Part shown: one piece after another, positions 10,058 to 17,773 of the stretch | Layout of the letters: each line of letters begins with the position of its first letter | How positions within the stretch are numbered: the stretch's first letter is position 1 | Assembly: GCA_964245695.1 (NCBI GenBank) | Contig: CAXTNZ010000019.1 | Location: forward strand, 7,181-39,180 | Length of the DNA stretch: 32,000 nt | Source: an uncultured bacterium | GTDB taxonomy: Bacteria; Cyanobacteriota; Cyanobacteriia; Cyanobacteriales; Nostocaceae | Reading direction: 5' to 3' | Notes under the pieces: model-generated | What the model saw: the letters and a program-made list of their open reading frames with translations, nothing else | Databases searched by the model: none | Told to the model about the DNA's origin: nothing | Position numbers and translations under genes: made by a program

Positions 10058-10495
10058 ATGCAATCGACATTAACATCAGAAGAATGCCAAGCATTCAAGA
10101 ACTTAGTTCAGGACTACTACGCTGTCTGGAGTCCGGGGCGTAACTCATTCGACATCAGCAAAGCAGAAAGTTTTTATAGCCAAGGATCTGAACTAACTGC
10201 CTACGATGTTTTCCACACAGACGGAGCGATCAGAGGATGGGATAATTACAAGGCTGAATTAACTAGAATTATGGATAATTTTGCAGATTTTAATATCATC
10301 ATGAACAAGGATGATGTAGAGGTGTTTTGTCATGGTGATATTGCTTGGACAGCCTCTGACTTCAAAATAAAAGGTGCGTTGAAAAATGGTCAACCAATTG
10401 AGTCAGTTGGTCGAAATTCACTTGTTTGGCAACGTCAAGATGACGGACGCTGGTTAATTGTTCACGAACATTCCTCAGCACCAATTATGAGTTGA
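10058..10495 (+). CDS. SnoaL-like / NTF2-fold (DUF4440-type) protein
   Basis: 145-aa ORF. Its size and the C-terminal pattern RNSLVWQRQDDGRWLIVHEHSSAP are typical of NTF2-like/ketosteroid-isomerase-like proteins. It is probably regulated by the divergent TetR. Confidence 0.65.
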   Translation: MQSTLTSEECQAFKNLVQDYYAVWSPGRNSFDISKAESFYSQGSELTAYDVFHTDGAIRGWDNYKAELTRIMDNFADFNIIMNKDDVEVFCHGDIAWTASDFKIKGALKNGQPIESVGRNSLVWQRQDDGRWLIVHEHSSAPIMS

Positions 10496-10692
10496 AAAGA
10501 TATCTGAGCAATATACACTTCTCCATACATCACATAATTCAATTTCTATATTTTGTGTAATTGTGTAAATAGCGATCGCCTAATTTTTTCACGCTAGCGA
10601 TCGCTTTTAAATAATTACTTCTGATATAGTGATTCTACAAAAGTCTGAAATTTGACAGTGCAGCTATATAATAAATATTTAAAGAGCTAGTA

Positions 10693-12267
10693 TCAATTCT
10701 TGGAAAAACCACAAAGTTCAATTTCTTCTTGGCTAAAAGTTTCCTTTAATATCTTGCGGAGAACACGCTGAATATGAAGGTGCTTTCCAGGCTTGACCTT
10801 TGTCAGCGTCAGCAGCAATAAGTTATTCTCACCAAAGTGTTCTAGTCCAGCTACTCGCGTGGGTTCTAGAACATCCTGTTCATCCGCCTTTAACTGCTGT
10901 CCTACCTTCTCAACGACCCTGTAGACATGATCTAAATTGGAGTCATAGGAAACGCTAACTTCCACCCTTGCATATATATACTGCTTGGAGTAGTTGATAA
11001 TTGATCCAATATCCCCATTACGAACAATCTGCAATTGACCATCAGGATGGCGGACGTGAGTGGTTCGCAGTTCAATTGCCTCTACAATCCCCTCAATATT
11101 TCTCTCTTCCACTTTCCCAACTTCAACATAATCACCCACCAAGTAATAATTTTCAAATAAAATCAAAAATCCACAAACGACATCATTAATCAGGTTTTGC
11201 GCCCCAAGACCAACTGCTATACCCACAATTCCTGCACCTGCTAAGATAGGCGCAGGATCAATGCCAATCAGCTTGAGTATAGTCACTCCGGCAGTGAAGT
11301 AGACGAAATATTTAGCAAAACTCCGTATTAAGGGAATTAACGTCAGCCGTTTCTGCCGCTGCGAGTCATTTACATCTGTAGTTTTTAAATAGAACTCATC
11401 AAGGATGAAGTAAATGACTTCAATCAAAACATTGCTAATAAAATAAACCCCAATAATCTGCACAATTCTAGGGGTATAAGCACTTATCCAAGCGATAGGT
11501 TCTATTTCTGGAACAACAAGATTTATTATGCCAACATAGAGGACGTATTCCAAACATTTTTTGAATAGTGGAATTAGGTGGCGTAAACGCTCGTATAAAC
11601 GCAGCAGATTATTAGAACTGGAGTATTTAAGACTCAGGGCGTCGAGAGTGTCAACGATAGTAGCAACAGCTTTGACAATCAGTAAACCAACTGTGACAAT
11701 AATGTATATTTTTAAGGCAATGTAAATATATTTGGGAACGACTTCTGGGAGGTAGAGAAATTTAGCACATAGGATAGCAGATGATATCCAAAGAGTATGA
11801 GTGATAATTCTTTTTAAGACTTTAAAAAAAGCCTCGGTACTCTCATCGTTAGCCTTGATTTGATCGGCTTTCTTGGCGTAATCGCATACCCAGTCTATAC
11901 CCCGCTGCAAAGGTGGTATGCTAAACTTAACCAGCATTAGCCAGATCACACTTTTCAAGCTCGCCGTCAAGAGATTGACCCAAAATTGAGTCGGAAGACT
12001 GCGAATAAGATTAAGTTGGAATTCCTTGATGTTTCCGCCTCGATAAATCACCATCCCATTCACACCAATCAGCACAAGACATAGCACCACAGAAGTCAGA
12101 ATTAAAATTCTGCTGATACTCCGTCGCAGGAAGGTGATATTTGCAGTTCTTCCTTGAAGCCAAGAAACCTTAGTAAACTGCTTGAAGATGATTCCAAGCA
12201 GCCAGTTAAACAGGGAGAAAATGATTATTAAAAATATGATTTCACCCAGGATAATTAGTATATTCAT
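10693..12267 (-). CDS. Mechanosensitive ion channel (MscS family), large multi-TM variant
   Basis: 524-aa ORF with multiple N-terminal TM helices. The MscS pore/beta-domain signature is GIAVGLGAQNLINDVVCGFLILFENYYLVGDYVEVG...GIVEAIELRTTHVRHPDGQLQIVRNGDI. Confidence 0.85.
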   Translation of the reverse strand: MNILIILGEIIFLIIIFSLFNWLLGIIFKQFTKVSWLQGRTANITFLRRSISRILILTSVVLCLVLIGVNGMVIYRGGNIKEFQLNLIRSLPTQFWVNLLTASLKSVIWLMLVKFSIPPLQRGIDWVCDYAKKADQIKANDESTEAFFKVLKRIITHTLWISSAILCAKFLYLPEVVPKYIYIALKIYIIVTVGLLIVKAVATIVDTLDALSLKYSSSNNLLRLYERLRHLIPLFKKCLEYVLYVGIINLVVPEIEPIAWISAYTPRIVQIIGVYFISNVLIEVIYFILDEFYLKTTDVNDSQRQKRLTLIPLIRSFAKYFVYFTAGVTILKLIGIDPAPILAGAGIVGIAVGLGAQNLINDVVCGFLILFENYYLVGDYVEVGKVEERNIEGIVEAIELRTTHVRHPDGQLQIVRNGDIGSIINYSKQYIYARVEVSVSYDSNLDHVYRVVEKVGQQLKADEQDVLEPTRVAGLEHFGENNLLLLTLTKVKPGKHLHIQRVLRKILKETFSQEEIELCGFSKN

Positions 12268-12339
12268 CTTCTGAGTATCAGTTGGTTCATTTATTGAATT
12301 TGAGCAGGGAACTACTGTAAAAGTGCCTGAAAGTTGCCT

Positions 12340-13305
12340 CTATCTATGTGCATGGATGTAGTCCACAAAGTAAAATCTCGGACGAAGCCAAAATCTCAGC
12401 CAAGCGTAAGCTCCTAGACCTAGTAGTGCGATCGCAATTAAGGGTAAACCCATCAGTTGCAATTGATCCCGAAGGAGAGCAACAGCGCAAACAGTAATAA
12501 CAAAGTAGATTAAAAGCACTGCTTGCAAGCGTTCCACAACCAAAAGTGCTTCTCGACAGCTACGACAATGTTGGGTGTGTTGTTTGTAGCGATCAAGCAT
12601 TTGTTGGCGATCGCTATTGATATTCCCTGTTAGTGGAACATTGATTCCAACTTCGCTCCAGGGTAGTTGTCCGTGACAATAGCGATCAAACCAATTCCTA
12701 AACTCAATTACTAAACGGTCTGCACTTGTAAGTAGCTGATAGGCAGTTTTCCAGCTAGTGGTAGATTTTCTTTGTTGGAGAAAATACTCTTGCTGCATAA
12801 GAAGAACCATATCTCCATCAATAACCAGATTGCGATCGCTGATGTGATCCCACCAACGGGGTTTGAGACGATAGAGTGTTTTGCCAAAGTTACGGGCAAA
12901 TTGAATGACAATTCTAGACTTACTTGGAGACACAGGTATACAGTAGGAGACAAATCCAAACTGTTTGCTGTCATCGCCAAAACTGAACGCATACTCCAAG
13001 CGACAAGGTGGTTCAAAAGTGATGGTTCTTTGTAAACGTCCTTCTGTAGTCACTTCAATCAAATTGGGTGTTGATTCCACAATTTTAAAGGCAATTGGTC
13101 GTGCTTTTGAGCGATCGCCCATAAATTCTCGCCCTAGCGATCGCGTGTGGTGATACCGTAAATGCCAAACTGCACCGCCATCTTTCTGAACCTGGGTCGG
13201 ATAATAAATAGTTCGCCTTATGGGGGAAGAGGTAATATCATGTCCGGTAAATCGCCCATAATATGTCCGCCGCGAGTGAAACGAAGTGAAACGACGCAAT
13301 CGCAA
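12340..13305 (-). CDS. PaO (pheophorbide a oxygenase-type) C-terminal domain protein lacking the Rieske domain; probable 5'-truncated remnant of a Rieske non-heme iron oxygenase
   Basis: 321-aa ORF with the C-terminal CxxC (HCRSCREAL) followed by two TM helices, as in PaO/Tic55-type oxygenases. No CxH...CxxH Rieske motif is present, and the mononuclear-iron region is collapsed (only HLRYHH remains). A transposase fragment and dispersed repeats lie immediately upstream. Confidence 0.55.
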   Translation of the reverse strand: MRLRRFTSFHSRRTYYGRFTGHDITSSPIRRTIYYPTQVQKDGGAVWHLRYHHTRSLGREFMGDRSKARPIAFKIVESTPNLIEVTTEGRLQRTITFEPPCRLEYAFSFGDDSKQFGFVSYCIPVSPSKSRIVIQFARNFGKTLYRLKPRWWDHISDRNLVIDGDMVLLMQQEYFLQQRKSTTSWKTAYQLLTSADRLVIEFRNWFDRYCHGQLPWSEVGINVPLTGNINSDRQQMLDRYKQHTQHCRSCREALLVVERLQAVLLIYFVITVCAVALLRDQLQLMGLPLIAIALLGLGAYAWLRFWLRPRFYFVDYIHAHR

Positions 13306-13369
13306 AGTCTTTGGGATTGCTTCCCTTCCCTGCGGGACGCTACCGCGAACGGTCGCTTCGGACGGTTAT

Positions 13370-13555
13370 TTAAACGGACATGATATAATACCTCCTCTCG
13401 GTTTCTTTTTCGGCAGACGACTGTTGGTATGTAACGAGTGAAATTCCTTGGTAACCACTATCTTCCAAACTCTCGGTTTCGGGATGAAAACGCATTCTGC
13501 TATTCACAAACAACTTGTAGTCATGTTTTCTACCGTGTTGTAACATTTTCGGCAA
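13370..13555 (-). mobile_element. Degenerate fragment of an IS5/DDE_Tnp_4-like transposase
   Basis: 61-aa ORF containing HGRKHDYKLF...LEDSGYQGI. This matches the G-K-x-HD-x-x-x-F...D-x-GYQG block of these DDE transposases. The rest of the transposase and any inverted repeats are absent. Confidence 0.45.
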
Positions 13556-13660
13556 AATTTATTAGTAATTTAGTGATATGGATAAACTACAAGCTTGAGG
13601 GTATAAATTCCTAGCAACAATAATAATTACTACAATAAAAGCACACATCTGACTTCTGGA

Positions 13661-14245
13661 GTGCTGACAGTGGGCTTATTTGATGATTTGAGTCGGTTTT
13701 TAGAAAACCGTTTAGAAGAATTTTTGCGAAATAATCCGCATTTAGAGTTAGAAGCGCTGTTAGAACAACTGCGTGAGCAAGAGGAAGACACTTTAAAACT
13801 GATTGCAGATTTACAAGTACAAGAGAAGCGATCGCAGGACGATATTCTCTCCACCGCTCAAGAAATCCAAAAATGGCATATCCGCGTTCAAAAAGCACAA
13901 GCCTCTGGTAGACAGGATTTGGTAGCAGCAGCACAAGAACGAGAAGCAGCTTTGTTGCGCGAAGGAAATCAACGCTGGGGACAAATGCAAGGGCTAAAAG
14001 AACGCATTACCCAATCTAAAGAACTAGTGCGGAAAATACAAGCACGTCGCCAAGAGGTGCAAACCAAAGCAGCTGAAGCACAGACAGTCCGTGCAAAAAC
14101 TCAAGCTCAACAGCGCTTAGAAACTAATGGTTGGTCAAATCAAGCTAGCAGTTATTCTCATGGATTTGACGACTTAGAAGAGAAATTTCTTCGCTGGGAA
14201 ACTCAGGATGAGTTGGAACAGATGAAGCGTAATATGGGAAAATAG
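13661..14245 (+). CDS. Conserved cyanobacterial coiled-coil protein (PspA/IM30-like architecture; resembles the TIGR04376 family from memory)
   Basis: 194-aa ORF. The true start is more likely GTG at 13670, giving MGLFDDLSRFLENRLEEFL. The body is a long heptad-rich, Glu/Gln/Arg-rich helix. Confidence 0.65.
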   Translation: MLTVGLFDDLSRFLENRLEEFLRNNPHLELEALLEQLREQEEDTLKLIADLQVQEKRSQDDILSTAQEIQKWHIRVQKAQASGRQDLVAAAQEREAALLREGNQRWGQMQGLKERITQSKELVRKIQARRQEVQTKAAEAQTVRAKTQAQQRLETNGWSNQASSYSHGFDDLEEKFLRWETQDELEQMKRNMGK

Positions 14246-14281
14246 TCATTTGTCATTTGTCCTCGGTCAATGAATGTCGCT

Positions 14282-14377
14282 TTGCTCCAATTCACTAAGA
14301 ACGCTCATTCACTCATTCAAAAAAATAATGATTTTTTCCGAATGGTAGAAATGAGCTTTTAATTTGAATTGGAGCAA
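14282..14377. repeat. Long imperfect hairpin / MITE-like inverted repeat
   Basis: TTGCTCCAATTCA (14282-14294) is the exact reverse complement of TGAATTGGAGCAA (14365-14377). The inner arms GCTCATTCACTCATTC and GAATGGTAGAAATGAGC pair imperfectly around an A/T loop. Confidence 0.4.
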
Positions 14378-14875
14378 TTACTATTACTTTTACTACTAGT
14401 AAAAACCTTAGTAGGGGTGCTGTTGGGTGGACTGATTGGTGTGTAAGTTTACCAAAAAATTATTGGTTGGGTTTCATCTGCACGGCAGGTGCTTCAAGTC
14501 GGCAGAGCCGCCCAACGCACTGCCTCGTTTATCTGCGTACCATGAGCGCTTAATTATTCATTTATTTGGAATGAATGCAAGAAGTCTATTGATCGGATTA
14601 ATTGCTTGATTACGCAGTTGAGCGAGCTTCATTGTATAAAATTGTATTTCTTTTATTTTTAATGTTAATTTTTCGACTTTCGTAGTCGTTACAAGCGGGA
14701 AGAAAATGAATTATTTAGATTTTATTTAATTTACTATTTAGGCTTTCGTTTCTTGATAGAGTTTATTAAACCAGATATCCCTTTCAGGGAATGAGTGTTA
14801 TTCTTGCTTGTTTACTAGCTATTCTGTGTTATCGCCGCAGTATTTCCCAAATGTTCCAAATGAGAAGCCCAAGGC

Positions 14876-15451
14876 ATGGAACAAACTATATTTTTAGAAG
14901 TGTTAAATAGCCTGCAACGATTATTTGTAGGCTACATTCCCGCCGCTGTTTTAGGTATTGTAATTGGCAGTTTCATTGGCATTAATAACTTGATTTATCG
15001 GGTCTTCAAGTGGATAATTCAGATACCGCATAGTGTCGCGCCCATAGCTTTGCTCCCACTTGCTCTTATAGGGTTTAAAGAACCGGAAGCCGCAGCAATT
15101 GTCATAGTTTTCTTTAGTGCCATTTGGTCAATTATTGTGAATACAGCTACAGGTATGCGCCTATGTCGTCAACAAGGCAATAACTTTCGAGTAGCAATAA
15201 ATCATATATTTGATGCTCTGAGAATTGGCGGTTGGGTAGCTTGGTTTACGGTAATTGCTACAGAAATGCTAACTAGCAATAAAGGACTTGGCTTTGTCAT
15301 TTGGAATGGTTATAAATCTGGCAATTACAATTACACTATTGAGGGGATAATCTATATTAGTATTATCGGCTTTCTCATAGACCAACTGCTTGATATCACT
15401 GGGCATATTCTTTCGCAGCTTGTCTCGGAGGGGCAGAAATCCGACCTTTAA
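14876..15451 (+). CDS. ABC transporter permease of the nitrate/sulfonate/bicarbonate (NrtB/CmpB/SsuC-like) type; short, orphan, possibly a pseudogene
   Basis: 191-aa ORF with the family pattern SLQRLFVGY...AAVLGIVIGSFIG...APIALLPLALIGF...IWSIIVNTATGMR...LRIGGWVAWFTVIATEML. It is N-terminally short, and the EAA coupling loop between NTATGMR and LRIG is visibly shortened. There is no ATPase or binding-protein gene nearby. Confidence 0.65.
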   Translation: MEQTIFLEVLNSLQRLFVGYIPAAVLGIVIGSFIGINNLIYRVFKWIIQIPHSVAPIALLPLALIGFKEPEAAAIVIVFFSAIWSIIVNTATGMRLCRQQGNNFRVAINHIFDALRIGGWVAWFTVIATEMLTSNKGLGFVIWNGYKSGNYNYTIEGIIYISIIGFLIDQLLDITGHILSQLVSEGQKSDL

Positions 15452-15489
15452 AATTTATTAATTATCATGCTTACTCGCAATTACGTTTT

Positions 15490-16611
15490 TTAGGCTGAAC
15501 TCGACTGACCCTCTAGCAAATCACTACCTGAAGAGCGATATTTTTGCCACAGTTCTAAGGTGATAATACAGGCAATCAACCACACTAAACCTACAGCATA
15601 GCCAGCTATCACATCAGTGGGCCAGTGTACGCCTAAATAAAGCCGACTAAAGCCGATCGCACCAATTAAGATAACGGTCAAGGCAAAAATTTGTTCTTGC
15701 GATTGAGGAAATTGCTTTGCCAGAATATAGCCTATAAAGCCGTAAATCGCCATTGACACCATTGCGTGACCGCTAGGAAAGCTGTGTAGACCGACATTAA
15801 TAATACGGTCCCACAGTGCTGGACGTGCCCTACCAAACCGCACTTTCAACAAATAATTTAAGCCGATAGCACCGACTGCGGCTATGCCCAAGGTAGTTGC
15901 TTCAAGGCGACGTTTATAATACAGCGACCCAATTCCCAATCCCAAACAAATCAACAGCAAAGATACTGGATCGCCAAGAAAAGTGATGCCAAGCATGATG
16001 CGATCGCTTATTGGCGTGTGCAGCTTTTGAATTGCTAGCAAAATGCGCGTGTCAAGATTATATGCGTGCAACACAAGCGTGCCGCATACAAGGGTGCAAA
16101 CAGCCCCCGATAACAGAAGAAGCGAATCTGTCGAGGATACATGCCAAGGTGAAATTTTTGGCTTATTCAATTTTCTTTTGTTTATAAGTAAATTTTTTCC
16201 TTCTTCTGGCGCTGTGCTGATATAAGTCCTTACAGGTAGTTTTCTGACCTCTTTTATGTAATCTAAGACAATAAATTCAACGAGCAAGGCGATCGCGTTT
16301 GGGTTCTTATCTGGATGGAAAATAACCAGAACATTTCCTGTCAAATGGTTAGCACGAACTTGCGCGATTCCTTCCTTTTGTGACAATCTCAATTCAAGGT
16401 ATCTTTTGAGAGCTTCGTCTTGATGAAGTCCACTTACCTTATATCTGGCTCTTCCTTTGACAGCGGTATGTATTGCCCAAACCAAAGAATTCTCATTGGG
16501 GAGTTTATGGAGAGGAGGAGTGCCCATTTTTCTACGAGTGCTGATTGAAGTCAAACTGTATCTAAATTTAACAGGTGGGACGGGAAACGATGTGAATGGT
16601 AATGTCGGCAC
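15490..16611 (-). CDS. Fusion protein: N-terminal HMA2-like (Cys-free ferredoxin-fold) domain plus C-terminal PAP2 (type 2 phosphatidic acid phosphatase/undecaprenyl-diphosphatase-like) membrane phosphatase
   Basis: 373-aa ORF. The PAP2 motifs are KVRFGRARP (KxxxxxxRP), FPSGH (PSGH) and SRLYLGVHWPTDV (SRxxxxxHxxxD). The N-terminal block VKGRARYKVSGLHQDEALKRYLELRLSQKEGIAQVRANHLTGNVLVIF resembles the HMA2-type domain found at the N-terminus of some cyanobacterial P-type ATPases. Confidence 0.8.
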   Translation of the reverse strand: MPTLPFTSFPVPPVKFRYSLTSISTRRKMGTPPLHKLPNENSLVWAIHTAVKGRARYKVSGLHQDEALKRYLELRLSQKEGIAQVRANHLTGNVLVIFHPDKNPNAIALLVEFIVLDYIKEVRKLPVRTYISTAPEEGKNLLINKRKLNKPKISPWHVSSTDSLLLLSGAVCTLVCGTLVLHAYNLDTRILLAIQKLHTPISDRIMLGITFLGDPVSLLLICLGLGIGSLYYKRRLEATTLGIAAVGAIGLNYLLKVRFGRARPALWDRIINVGLHSFPSGHAMVSMAIYGFIGYILAKQFPQSQEQIFALTVILIGAIGFSRLYLGVHWPTDVIAGYAVGLVWLIACIITLELWQKYRSSGSDLLEGQSSSA

Positions 16612-16614
16612 AGG

Positions 16615-17331
16615 CTACACAGCGTCGGCTTCTCGTAGAGTAGCCGTGCTAGACGCGTCTTGACCGACAGCTTGCAGCCTTTGGAGTTGCTTGCCCACCT
16701 CTTTGGACGCAGTCCGCGATCGCCATCGCTTGTTGGGCAAGATGAACATGGTAGCAGATTTTAGCTTCTTGATTATCGTTTCTGTGGTTGAGAGTAAGCG
16801 CTCCCAAATGTCTTTCCTGGGCTGTCCATACATAATGGCGTTACGCGCTTTGTTGATGTTACGTGTACTGTCAATGAGGTTGATTACAGCATCAAAGATG
16901 GCTCCCAGAATTGTTTTTGCCTTTGCTTGTGGCAAAACTATATTTGGAGAGGTTTGAATAAGATTGACCAAATGCGATCGCATTTGTGCATCTGAAATTA
17001 CGCCTAGTTGATAATTGATGACAATCGATGCAGCTGTAGAGTTAACACGGACATTCGTAGCTTTAGGGTCGGATTCTATCACCCGCTTGAGTTTATTGGC
17101 ATACTCAGAATCTGTAGCTAGCCGAGGAATACGAAAACGAATCCGTCCAGGAATTGCATGGACAACGCTATAGGATATGCTTTCGGGTGGCGCTGTTTTA
17201 TTAGCTACGCTATACGTTGTCTTTTTAGGTTGTCTATCCTGATTGGGAATAGCACTTTTGTCATAATTAGACCGTTTTCTAGAAGTCATAATGTCATGTT
17301 TCCGTTTCAAAAAAGGAAAAAAGAGAGCCAA
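16615..17331 (-). CDS. HMA2-like domain-containing protein (no CxxC), function unknown
   Basis: 238-aa ORF; an alternative start is Met15 at 17289. The domain is VVHAIPGRIRFRIPRLATDSEYANKLKRVIESDPKATNVRVNSTAASIVINY. The stop lies 3 nt upstream of the start of the PAP2 fusion gene, so the two probably form an operon. Confidence 0.7.
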   Translation of the reverse strand: MALFFPFLKRKHDIMTSRKRSNYDKSAIPNQDRQPKKTTYSVANKTAPPESISYSVVHAIPGRIRFRIPRLATDSEYANKLKRVIESDPKATNVRVNSTAASIVINYQLGVISDAQMRSHLVNLIQTSPNIVLPQAKAKTILGAIFDAVINLIDSTRNINKARNAIMYGQPRKDIWERLLSTTETIIKKLKSATMFILPNKRWRSRTASKEVGKQLQRLQAVGQDASSTATLREADAV

Positions 17332-17436
17332 GATTTATAAATTTTTTATTGATATGGCTTTAACTCGTATATTGCACCGTGCCAAACCTTTTTTAACTTA
17401 TATAAAGTTTTTAAGGTTGGCGGTGAGATTGCGTTT

Positions 17437-17715
17437 ATGTACCAAAACCTGATTGATACTGCTTTACAGCTACTTTACAGACAGGCTCTTAGTGAAAAAA
17501 TCTATCCCAGTAGTGAGAAAAAACTTTGGAAAGGAAAAAGAATTCCAGGGCGGGCTGATCCACTTTCGGTATACTATATCAAGCAAAGTACCAGACATTA
17601 CATTAAGACAGTACTCAGCCTGATTACTCAGAAATTCCCCAAATCAATTCATGCGGTTATTATGAAGGATTTTCTACTGAAGGTATCAGCCTTTGTCGAG
17701 TGCCAAATAATTTAG
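17437..17715 (+). CDS. Hypothetical small Lys-rich protein (weak call)
   Basis: 92-aa ATG ORF in an otherwise empty AT-rich gap upstream of the helicase gene. No recognisable motif. Confidence 0.2.
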   Translation: MYQNLIDTALQLLYRQALSEKIYPSSEKKLWKGKRIPGRADPLSVYYIKQSTRHYIKTVLSLITQKFPKSIHAVIMKDFLLKVSAFVECQII

Positions 17716-17773
17716 CAGTCTACATTTGCGTTATTAATAATTAAAGTGTGAGGAATCAGGGAGAAAGCTTTAA

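Noticed and set aside
13611-13934. 107-aa and 74-aa minus-strand ORFs opposite the coiled-coil gene
   Set aside because: They are antisense shadows of a compositionally biased coiled-coil CDS. The plus-strand ORF has the recognisable MGLFDDLSRFLE start.
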